A stretch of DNA of 64,000 bases from Oceanicoccus sp. (GTDB lineage: Bacteria > Pseudomonadota > Gammaproteobacteria > Pseudomonadales > Dasaniaceae), in NCBI GenBank assembly GCA_036963965.1, contig JBALTE010000011.1:9150-73149 (forward strand), given 5' to 3'. Below the pieces are notes generated by a model, which was given only the letters and a program-made list of their open reading frames with translations, had not been told where the DNA came from and did not search any database. Shown piece after piece: positions 56,019-64,000 of the stretch; position 1 is the first letter of the stretch; every line of letters begins with the position of its first letter. Both the position numbers and the translations under genes were made by a program.

Positions 56019-57020
56019 ATGAGTACTAATAACAAGAAAGATCAGAATTCACCCAATTATCGTATGTCTTATCGCGATGTTGCGATGCATAAAGTGATGT
56101 TGCAGGACGTGGTTCGTACTGATGCCTACGAAAAATCAATTAGCGAAGTGGTCAACCCCGAACAGTCAGTTTTAGACTTTGGTTGCGGTACCGGTATTTT
56201 AGCCATGTTTGCCGCACGAGCAGGGGCAAAAAAAGTGATCGCTGTCGATCGTTCACCGTTTATCAAGACAGCTAAGGAAATTGCTCAACAAAATGGTTTC
56301 AATGACATCAATTTTTATCACGATGATGATCAGTCGTTGCAGCTAGATGATAAAGTTGATGTGATTGTCTCTGAGTGGATGGGACATTGCCTGTTTTACG
56401 AAGCCATGCTCGAACCGTTGTTGACGATACGGGATCGTTACCTGGCCAAAGACGGTGTTATGATCCCGGCAGAAGTAAGCCTTCACGCTGGACTTGTTGT
56501 TGATGAAGACTTGCTCGACGATTTGTCTTTTTTAAAGAATCGCCCCTATGATATTGATTTTTCTCCGATAGCTGATGCACCGTTTCGGCAAACTGATTTA
56601 GTGACGCTGGACCCTGAAAGTATATTAAAAAACACAGCCCATTTGGGTTCATTAAATATGCACAGTATTACCAAGGCCGACACCCCGAGGGTGTTTTCTG
56701 GCACTATCAAGCCCGATAAAAAAGCAGATATTTGCGCGCTATGTAGTTGGTTCAGCACGGAATTAAGTCGAGGAGTAACATTTGGCACAGGTCCGAATGA
56801 CATGCCTACTCACTGGGATCAAATTTTGTTTCCTTTGCCGTCACCGTTCGCGGTGGATCCCTCCCGTGAACTCACTATCACCATCTCACCGTTGACCGAA
56901 CAAGTGGGGAAAGAGCAGTGCTGGTCCTGGTCAATTACCGACGGTGAACAATCTGTACACGTTAATGAGCAGCAGCAACAGCAGCGCGTCGTTCTCGATG
57001 TGCCGCCGGGAAGGCTGTAA
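56019..57020 (+). CDS. type I protein arginine N-methyltransferase (PRMT)-like SAM-dependent methyltransferase
   Basis: Motif I VLDFGCGTGILAMFAARAGAKKVIAVD, double-E loop VSEWMGHCLFYEAML and a THW-loop PTHWDQ. It is collinear with PRMT1 as I recall it. Confidence 0.75.
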   Translation: MSTNNKKDQNSPNYRMSYRDVAMHKVMLQDVVRTDAYEKSISEVVNPEQSVLDFGCGTGILAMFAARAGAKKVIAVDRSPFIKTAKEIAQQNGFNDINFYHDDDQSLQLDDKVDVIVSEWMGHCLFYEAMLEPLLTIRDRYLAKDGVMIPAEVSLHAGLVVDEDLLDDLSFLKNRPYDIDFSPIADAPFRQTDLVTLDPESILKNTAHLGSLNMHSITKADTPRVFSGTIKPDKKADICALCSWFSTELSRGVTFGTGPNDMPTHWDQILFPLPSPFAVDPSRELTITISPLTEQVGKEQCWSWSITDGEQSVHVNEQQQQQRVVLDVPPGRL

Positions 57021-57048
57021 GCAGTTCTAAGCCTTAGGGCCTAAAGTA

Positions 57049-57375
57049 CTATGCAGTACCATAATCGCGTTCGACTTTCGAAATACGTATTTTAAAGGAC
57101 GAATACCACTGCTCGCGTCCGAGTCTTTGTGCCTCCAGATGCTCCATGTTAGCCTTCCATTGCCGAATTGAGTCGACGTCTGACCAATACGAAACAGTAA
57201 TACCGATATCATCTTTGGCCGATTCCATCCCCAAAAAACCCACTTGCGTGGACGCGAGTTGGGCCATACGCAAAGCCGTTTTACCATAGCCTCCATCACC
57301 CTCGGTGCGGCGAGATGTAAAGATAACTGCGTAATAAGGCGGTTCAGGGGTATCGGCAATGAGAGACATAAGCAT
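57049..57375 (-). CDS. antibiotic-biosynthesis-monooxygenase (ABM) domain protein
   Basis: YYAVIFTS...GFLGMES......SYWSDVDSIRQWK pattern in about 105 aa. Confidence 0.7.
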   Translation of the reverse strand: MLMSLIADTPEPPYYAVIFTSRRTEGDGGYGKTALRMAQLASTQVGFLGMESAKDDIGITVSYWSDVDSIRQWKANMEHLEAQRLGREQWYSSFKIRISKVERDYGTA

Positions 57376-57393
57376 ACCTCTATATAGTGGGCG

Positions 57394-58338
57394 CTATTGT
57401 CTGGCCTTCAGCCACCACTTTAATGTTGTTGTAACAAGTTCTGCTGCATCCTGTTGGACAAAGTGACCGGCGTTGGGTGCAGTCACTATCGTGGTATCGG
57501 CATCTATCCAGTCCCAGGTATTATTTAGACCGTTGGAATGCAAGGCGGTGTCTTTAAGACCATGGAATACCAGTACCGGCATTGTTAGCTGTGGGGGAGG
57601 AGGCGAAGCTGTTGAGCTGTCGTCAGCTCGAGGGTAATTTTGTTTGTAATAGGCCAGCATTCCATCAAAGTAAGATCGACTGAATGCCTCCTCGTATTTT
57701 CCCTTTGCATCGGGATCGCTAACCCATCCGGCCAGCGTTTGTGGATTCATTGGCCCGCCAAACAGTATATTGGAGTCAGTGGACTTCCCGTCAATGAATG
57801 TACGGGCATACCCGCTGTTTTTTTGCTGATCTTTATTGTTGGCGAGTTCGCGCGCGATACCATTTGGATGAGGAAGATTAAGAATCACTAAGTTTTCCAC
57901 CATCTGTGGTAATGCGAAGGCAAATTGCCAGGATACAACACCGCCCCAGTCGTGACCGACAATAGTCGCTTTTTCCTCGCCCAGATGATGAATCACCGAC
58001 GCTATATCGGAAACTAAATAGCGCATATTATAATTTTCTTCTCCTTCTGGCTGGCCGCTCAAGTTATAACCTCGTTGATCAATAGCGACCACTTTAAAGT
58101 CGTTTTTCAGACCCTCCATTTGATGGCGCCAGCTATACCAGAAGTCCGGAAACCCGTGAACCATGATGACAAGAGGACCTTCACCTACGGTGGCATAGTG
58201 GATTTTAACGTCATCGTTGTTGGCATAACCGTGTTCGACCTCATCAAAAAATTCGGCGTGGCTATTTGTGCTGAAGACTGCGATCAGTAACAAAATTACT
58301 GCTATTGCCGCGTGATGAAAGCGTTTAACGGTATACAT
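57394..58338 (-). CDS. secreted alpha/beta hydrolase, epoxide-hydrolase-like
   Basis: Signal peptide, [13 protein letters not shown] (the H-G-x-P oxyanion motif plus the W of epoxide hydrolases) and the nucleophile motif GHDWGG. Confidence 0.8.
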   Translation of the reverse strand: MYTVKRFHHAAIAVILLLIAVFSTNSHAEFFDEVEHGYANNDDVKIHYATVGEGPLVIMVHGFPDFWYSWRHQMEGLKNDFKVVAIDQRGYNLSGQPEGEENYNMRYLVSDIASVIHHLGEEKATIVGHDWGGVVSWQFAFALPQMVENLVILNLPHPNGIARELANNKDQQKNSGYARTFIDGKSTDSNILFGGPMNPQTLAGWVSDPDAKGKYEEAFSRSYFDGMLAYYKQNYPRADDSSTASPPPPQLTMPVLVFHGLKDTALHSNGLNNTWDWIDADTTIVTAPNAGHFVQQDAAELVTTTLKWWLKARQ

Positions 58339-58467
58339 TAGAATTCTCCAATTGGATATTGGCGTCGGAATTGAATAGTTTGTGGTTGTAGGCGATTCTT
58401 ATGGTTCGATTAAAGCATGTTTTAACGCAATATTGACAGGTTTTCAGCGCGTCGCACTTTTTGCTAG

Positions 58468-58980
58468 TTAAAGTGTGGCGTCGACAATGACTTCGCCATT
58501 GCTGGAATTATAAAAAATAGATACTCCCGCCTCTTCGACAAACGTATAAGTGCAGGTGTTTGCGCTATAAGTAACCTGAAAGTCTTCGGTGGTATTGGTA
58601 GCAACAGTCGGAGAATTAGCATCCAGGGCTGCTCTCCAAACGGACATACAGTCAGCGGTATTGTTGAGTTGAGGGTTTGCTTCAAAAGGGAACCAGCTTT
58701 GTGCCGGCCAGCCCGCTGTATTCATATCCATTAAATTTGTCCCTGTGCCATACAAGTCGAGGTTATCAACGGGGCCTTCGTGCCCACCTGCTAACCACTT
58801 CACATGCGCAAGTGATATGGCCGCTTTAAAAGCAGCGCCGGTACCGGCCACAACAGACGCGCGCGCGTCGCTTTGAAGGTTTACAAATCTAGGGAGTGCA
58901 ATTACCGCAAGAATACCCAAAAGGACAATAACGGCGATTAGCTCAATCAGTGTGAAACCTTGGTGCCTATTCACGAACAA
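58468..58980 (-). CDS. type IV pilin / pseudopilin with a prepilin N-methylation motif (MSHA-pilin-like)
   Basis: The sequence GFTLIELIAVIVLLGILA follows a short leader. Confidence 0.8.
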   Translation of the reverse strand: MFVNRHQGFTLIELIAVIVLLGILAVIALPRFVNLQSDARASVVAGTGAAFKAAISLAHVKWLAGGHEGPVDNLDLYGTGTNLMDMNTAGWPAQSWFPFEANPQLNNTADCMSVWRAALDANSPTVATNTTEDFQVTYSANTCTYTFVEEAGVSIFYNSSNGEVIVDATL

Positions 58981-59494
58981 ATAACCCCTCTAACTGAATT
59001 GGTATATAAAAACATTAGAAAACGTGTCAGGGCATGATACTGGGTTAGTTAGCACACTGGAAACTACTTTTTTCAAATAATGAAAGTGACGCTGGACGTA
59101 GCTGCAGAGCCGATTGGTGTGTCTTCTGTGCACGCAGGTCATAGTGTTCCATGGATATCTGTGGATGATGCGACACGGTTTCACCGCGCAGTGTCCCATA
59201 GTATTTTCTGGCTTTTCACTACCTTAACTCGAAGGTCGCGTGATTCAGTTCGCTACTTGTAATAAATAAGAAACAAAAACTTCATGAAAATCTAATCTCT
59301 CTGAAATATTCCCCCGCTTTAATAGGCTCCATTAGGCCGTTGGCTGATTTATTTTGTTCTCAACATGTGTCGACCAAAAAAAGAACGGATTCGTCATAGG
59401 CTTAACATTTTTTCGCAATTCGTTAGTGGCCATTCAGGCTGTCGCTGCTAGCGAGGATTACGAATTCGGTGATTCGGTATAAAAAGGTGTGTTA

Positions 59495-62400
59495 ATGAAC
59501 AAGTCAGTGAGTAGTTTAATCGCGGCTATCGCGGTAGTGGTCAATGCAACAGCAGCGCTAGCAGCTGATGAGTTAATTGTCCATGTAAGTGGTAACGATC
59601 AAGGTGAACAGAATCTAGTCGCTGTGCTGGACGGCAATAGTGAGGAACCCGTTGATAGTCATGGTTTTGCGATTCACAACCTTACGTCGGGCCAGCACAG
59701 TATACAGATTAAGGCTGATGACCAAGTAATACACAGCTTTCGTTTTAGCTCAGCATCTGGGCAGTTAGTTGACGTCAGTGTCGACCTGAAAGATCGCGAT
59801 AATCCGAACGTCAATGTTGAGGCCTACTTCTTAGCAGAAACCGTTGGGGACCGAAAGAAAGCGGGCACTGGCGCTATAGTCGGCCAGGTAAAAGCCAATG
59901 GATTCCCTGTAGCCAATGCTCGAGTATCGCTGCTAGGCACTGATATTGCCGTCGACACTGATATTCAGGGTCGCTATCAAGTGTCAGCGCCACGAGGTAT
60001 TTATACCTTAGACATCGAACACCCTGATTATGGCCGTAAGGAAATCGAAGACTTCCGAATTGTGAGTGGTGTCACCAAGGGATCTAACTTTTCGTTGAGC
60101 AGAACTCAGCAGGTTATTGAAGAAGTTACCGTTGTAGCCAAAGTGAATCTTTCCGGATTTCAAGAAAGCGAACGTTATGCTACCAATGTAATCGATACGA
60201 TGGATATTGAGCAGTTGGGGCGATTTGGTGACAGTGATGTTTCATCTGCGGTTATCAGGGTGCCTAGTGTAACAGTGCAGGACAATCAATTTATTTTCAT
60301 CCGGGGTCTGGGTGGACGTTACATCACGACCACTCTTAACGGTGCAACTCTGCCCAGTACTAACCCGTCGAAACGCACGGTTCCCCTGGATTTGTTCCCC
60401 AGTAACATCGTCGAACAATTGGATATCAAGAAAACGTTTATTGCCTCGATGCCGGGTGAGAGCACGGGTGGTAATTTGGTGATCAATACTCGGGCATTCC
60501 CTGAAGAGGCTGTAGGGAAATTATCGGTATCAATGGGTTATGTTGATGGATTAACGGGTGATAAGGCCTTTGTCGATCCTAGTAACGGTGATTTTGACTC
60601 TTTTGGATGGGATGACGGTGAGCGCAAGCGCCCGGTTGATGCATGGAGTATTGCGAAGGCACTTGAGGTCAATGATTACTATTCTGATGATGTCGAGCAA
60701 CAGTTAGGCCGTATCGCGGGTTTGTCAATTAAAGACAACTTTGATGTCGATACGGAGACGGCTAAACCTGATATATCTTTGGGTTTCAATTATGGTGATC
60801 TGTTTTATCCTGAAAACCATGATGTAGAGTTAAGTTACTTTGTCGCCGGAAACTACAAAAATGAATGGAGTAAAAAAGATGAAGGGGTGCGAAGAAGTTA
60901 TGGTGGTGATAACGCCTCCGTTGTAGAAGACGATTTCACCTTTGTCGAACACTCCAATAATATTCAATCGAATGGTTTGCTTTCACTGGGATTAAATGCC
61001 GGTGAAAGTACATACCAATCCAACACCGTCATTTCCCATGTGACCGAAGAACGTGTTCGAAAGACAGAGGGATTTGATGGCGATCAGTTAGAAGAGTCTA
61101 TTCGTTGGGCTATAGAGTGGGTAGAGCGTCGGTTTTACTCTCAACAATTCACTGGTGAACATTATTTCGGCGAGAGCGATGAGTGGACAATTAATTGGCA
61201 AACGACTGCCAGTCGGGCACACCGCTATGCGCCGGATCGCCGCGAAGTAAGATTTAATCTCAGTGGCAATGACGGCATATACAATCTAGAAGTGCCCAAT
61301 CTATCCCGCCGCTATGATGATTTGGTGGATGACAATATTGATGTTTCCTCTGATGCTGAATACATGTTCAGTTCGATGAGTGATATTGAATCAACGTTGG
61401 CTTTTGGCCTGCAATACATTACCCGTGAGAGAGACTCTGAGTCGGATACTTATGGATTTAGGGGAGGGCAGTTTTTAAACGACAACTCTGAAAATGTCAG
61501 TGTTAGTGACGTTATTAACAGTAATTCGATAACCGGCGACACTGATACCGGCTATACCTTCTCCGATAAAACACTTGCTAGCGACAGTTATGACGCTGAA
61601 ATGGATCTGGGTAGTGCTTATGTTTCTTATGATGCGCTATTAAATTCCGAGTATCAGCTGGTTGTTGGGGTTCGCTATGAGGATTATGAACAGACCACGG
61701 AGACGTTCTCTTTGCAGGGCGCTCAAGAGAAAGTTGTTTCGAATATTCAAGACGACGTTTTTTTGCCGTCGATGTCGTTGAATTGGTATTTTTCCGAAGA
61801 TCAACAGTTACGAATTGCCGTTTCAGAAACGGTATCTCGACCAGATTTCAAAGAAACATCTTTTGCAGTTTTCTATGACAATGAATTTGATTTTCGGGTT
61901 AGGGGAAATCCCAACTTGAAAGTATCGACAGTCACTAACTATGATTTGCGTTGGGAGCAGTACTGGAGCGATGTTGAGAATGTCAGTGTCGCTTTGTTCT
62001 ATAAAGAATTTAAAGATCCTATCGAACGAGTGGTGCTTACCGCGTCTGGAACAGCGGGTAACTCCCGAACATTCCGCAATGCCGATTCAGGCGAGATGTG
62101 GGGCATTGAACTGGATGGGCGTAAAGATTTTCCTTTCAATGAGGCGTTCACCAAAAGTCTATTTGTCGCTTTGAATGCCAGCTATATCGATTCCGAAGTA
62201 GAGATCGATAACGAGACCTCAGCATTTCAAGGTGCGCCAGAATATACGTTCAATCTTATTCTTGGGTACGACGATATTAGTAGCGGTCACGAACTCACTT
62301 TGTTGCTCAATCAAAACGGAGAAACTGTTGTTGATAAAGGTGTCTCAGGGCAGCCTGATATTGTCGAAGAGCCTCGCCTCTCAATGAACCTCAATTATAA

Positions 62401-62545
62401 ATACGCAATTTCCGATGCTTTCACATTCAAAGCAAAAGTAGAAAATATTCTGAATCAGGAGGTCGAATTTACTCAGGGTGGAAATGTTTTTCAGAGTTAC
62501 GAGAGGGGAATGAAATTCAAAGCCGGTATCGACTGGATATTCTAA
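59495..62545 (+). CDS. TonB-dependent receptor with an N-terminal carboxypeptidase-regulatory-like domain
   Basis: Signal peptide, a CarbopepD_reg-like region (GQVKANGFPVANARVSLLGTD), a plug (FIFIRGLGGRY) and a C-terminal ..KAGIDWIF. Confidence 0.9.
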   Translation: MNKSVSSLIAAIAVVVNATAALAADELIVHVSGNDQGEQNLVAVLDGNSEEPVDSHGFAIHNLTSGQHSIQIKADDQVIHSFRFSSASGQLVDVSVDLKDRDNPNVNVEAYFLAETVGDRKKAGTGAIVGQVKANGFPVANARVSLLGTDIAVDTDIQGRYQVSAPRGIYTLDIEHPDYGRKEIEDFRIVSGVTKGSNFSLSRTQQVIEEVTVVAKVNLSGFQESERYATNVIDTMDIEQLGRFGDSDVSSAVIRVPSVTVQDNQFIFIRGLGGRYITTTLNGATLPSTNPSKRTVPLDLFPSNIVEQLDIKKTFIASMPGESTGGNLVINTRAFPEEAVGKLSVSMGYVDGLTGDKAFVDPSNGDFDSFGWDDGERKRPVDAWSIAKALEVNDYYSDDVEQQLGRIAGLSIKDNFDVDTETAKPDISLGFNYGDLFYPENHDVELSYFVAGNYKNEWSKKDEGVRRSYGGDNASVVEDDFTFVEHSNNIQSNGLLSLGLNAGESTYQSNTVISHVTEERVRKTEGFDGDQLEESIRWAIEWVERRFYSQQFTGEHYFGESDEWTINWQTTASRAHRYAPDRREVRFNLSGNDGIYNLEVPNLSRRYDDLVDDNIDVSSDAEYMFSSMSDIESTLAFGLQYITRERDSESDTYGFRGGQFLNDNSENVSVSDVINSNSITGDTDTGYTFSDKTLASDSYDAEMDLGSAYVSYDALLNSEYQLVVGVRYEDYEQTTETFSLQGAQEKVVSNIQDDVFLPSMSLNWYFSEDQQLRIAVSETVSRPDFKETSFAVFYDNEFDFRVRGNPNLKVSTVTNYDLRWEQYWSDVENVSVALFYKEFKDPIERVVLTASGTAGNSRTFRNADSGEMWGIELDGRKDFPFNEAFTKSLFVALNASYIDSEVEIDNETSAFQGAPEYTFNLILGYDDISSGHELTLLLNQNGETVVDKGVSGQPDIVEEPRLSMNLNYKYAISDAFTFKAKVENILNQEVEFTQGGNVFQSYERGMKFKAGIDWIF

Positions 62546-62597
62546 ATTCACATAAATTATACGTATGAAAATTATATTAAATCAATCAGGAGTTTGT

Positions 62598-64000
62598 ATG
62601 AAATTTAAAAAGGTAATGCTGGCAACAGCGATCTCATCGGCCTTGGTGGTCATTGTAGGTTGCACGGGAGACGGTGATAAATCGACTATTAATATCGATG
62701 AAACCATCAATAACGAAAGTGGAGGTACGGGTTCGGTAGGTATTGGGGATCCATCATCGTGTCCAGCCTGGGCATCGAGCCGTCCTATCGATAGCGACGG
62801 CAACGATGTATGCCAAGTTCCAGCCAATATCTTGGAAAACCGCACTTTAACCAGCGATATTGTTTGGTATATGGAAGCGACGGTTACGGTAGGGAACGGT
62901 AATGGTGAGATGTCACTGACGGAAGGGACATTGGAAAATGGTGATGACGTTACTCCAGTTCTATTGTCTATCGATGCCGGCACTGAGATTAAAGGCGCTA
63001 CTGGTTCCTTTGCCAATATGATTATTACGCGCGGATCTCAGATACAAGCGGTAGGCACGGCCAGTCTCCCCATCATCTTTAGTTCTGCTGATGATGGCTA
63101 CGATGGATCAGGTGAATGGGGCGGTCTAATTCTTCACGGTTATGGCCTGCATAATGAGTGCCTCACTGCGAATATGGGTGCTGTTGCTTGTAATGTCGAC
63201 GCCGAAGGTGAGTCCGGTTTCGCCGGTGGTTATAGCGCAGACGATAGCAGCGGAAGGCTTGAGTATGTTGTTGTTACTGAAGGTGGCTTTGAATTTTCAA
63301 CCGGTAATGAAATCAATGGAATTTCCTTTGTAGCTGTTGGTTCCGGAACAGAGGTCGATTACATTCAGGTAGATAGCAACGCTGATGATGGTCTTGAGTT
63401 TTACGGTGGTAGTGTCAGTGCCAAGCATTTGGTCATTACAGGGGCCCTTGATGATTCTGTCGATTGGGATGAGGGCTGGCAGGGTAACTTGCAGCATGTT
63501 CTGGTCGTACAGTCAGCAGATTCCGAGGGCAATGCAATAGAAGCTGATACGGAAGGAACATTGGATTTTCTATCGAAGCCAACAATCGCCAATGCTACTT
63601 TTATTGGTGATGGTGAACAAGAGACGCTGGCAGTTTTCAAGAAAACGTCTGGAGGTTTTGTTCATCACTCGGTTTTTACCAGTGCAGCTTCATCGTTGGT
63701 AACGACATGTGTTGATTCATCAGTTGCTGCTATCTCTGGTACTGAACTGGTCTTTACTAATGTCGTTGCAGATTGTACAACATCGGGCGACGTTAACCTC
63801 GTTCCAGCTCCTATAGCCGATGTGGACCTGGATGCGAACTTTGCATCGCAGGCTGTGGAGTCATCATCCGTAGGTGCTCTTGATATAGTCGATATAAATG
63901 CGACATATAGCGAAAGTGTAGCCGATCCAGCGTTCTTTGACGCTAGTGATTATGCAGGTGCTGTTAATCCAGACGGTAGTGATCTCTGGTATCAAGGTTG
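62598..64000 (+). CDS. lipoprotein partnering the TonB-dependent receptor (5' partial; runs off the window end)
   Basis: The ATG at 62598 has CAGGAG 5 nt upstream, followed by the lipobox VIVGC. The frame stays open for 467 codons to the window edge, so it has no stop and is absent from the ORF track. Gly/Asp-rich repeats suggest a beta-helix-type fold. Confidence 0.75.
   Translation, partial: MKFKKVMLATAISSALVVIVGCTGDGDKSTINIDETINNESGGTGSVGIGDPSSCPAWASSRPIDSDGNDVCQVPANILENRTLTSDIVWYMEATVTVGNGNGEMSLTEGTLENGDDVTPVLLSIDAGTEIKGATGSFANMIITRGSQIQAVGTASLPIIFSSADDGYDGSGEWGGLILHGYGLHNECLTANMGAVACNVDAEGESGFAGGYSADDSSGRLEYVVVTEGGFEFSTGNEINGISFVAVGSGTEVDYIQVDSNADDGLEFYGGSVSAKHLVITGALDDSVDWDEGWQGNLQHVLVVQSADSEGNAIEADTEGTLDFLSKPTIANATFIGDGEQETLAVFKKTSGGFVHHSVFTSAASSLVTTCVDSSVAAISGTELVFTNVVADCTTSGDVNLVPAPIADVDLDANFASQAVESSSVGALDIVDINATYSESVADPAFFDASDYAGAVNPDGSDLWYQG

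Noticed and set aside
58981-59494. A cobalamin riboswitch or Fur box upstream of the TonB-dependent receptor.
   Set aside because: I could find no B12-box-like GCCACTG/AGYCMGG element and no GATAATGATAATCATTATC-like palindrome by eye. The region is left unannotated.
62582-63640. Minus-strand ORFs 62582..63016, 63297..63497 and 63401..63640.
   Set aside because: They are antisense to the uninterrupted + strand lipoprotein frame that starts at 62598 with a good RBS and lipobox.

Overview
The window is a 64 kb chromosomal segment. Gene content suggests a marine-type gammaproteobacterium: TonB-dependent receptor with partner lipoprotein, MSHA-type pilin, periplasmic sox/fcc genes, a SulP plus carbonic anhydrase module and a GGDEF-EAL sensor. 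I can support about 60 protein-coding genes. I saw no rRNA, tRNA, CRISPR array, transposase or phage genes.

Most genes are ordinary accessory metabolism: SDRs, an AKR, an MDR quinone reductase, an amidohydrolase, a PQQ sugar dehydrogenase, MFS transporters, pseudouridine synthases and lipoproteins.

Signals worth a second look:
1. An ORF split in the six-frame track (42180..42668) encodes a peroxiredoxin-like thioredoxin-fold protein. It has an in-frame TGA exactly where a Cys paralogue in the same window has the first Cys of its WCPxC motif, and a hairpin follows the TGA. This is a candidate selenoprotein.
2. A tightly coupled eight-gene periplasmic operon (16291..22584) joins an IorAB-type molybdenum hydroxylase to a monohaem cytochrome c, FccB, SoxX, SoxZ, SoxA and a SoxY-like carrier. 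The carrier arm ends LAACVEPLL rather than GGCGG, and no soxB or soxCD is in the window.
3. A putative HTH-MEDS regulator precedes a COG3687 E-x-x-H metalloprotein and two tandem paralogous 4-TM proteins that resemble styrene-oxide isomerase.
4. The first 1.8 kb looks like an integron cassette array, with attC-like palindromes between three unrelated small ORFs.
5. A 37-39 nt conserved motif occurs three times in intergenic DNA, always on the + strand.
6. There is a eukaryote-type protein arginine methyltransferase homologue.
7. A co-directional cluster runs FMO, TauD-like, the Sec-candidate peroxiredoxin-like ORF, an unknown ORF, PhyH-like and a sphingosine-1-phosphate-lyase-like enzyme.

All family assignments come from motif recognition by eye and recollection. 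None has been confirmed by a search.
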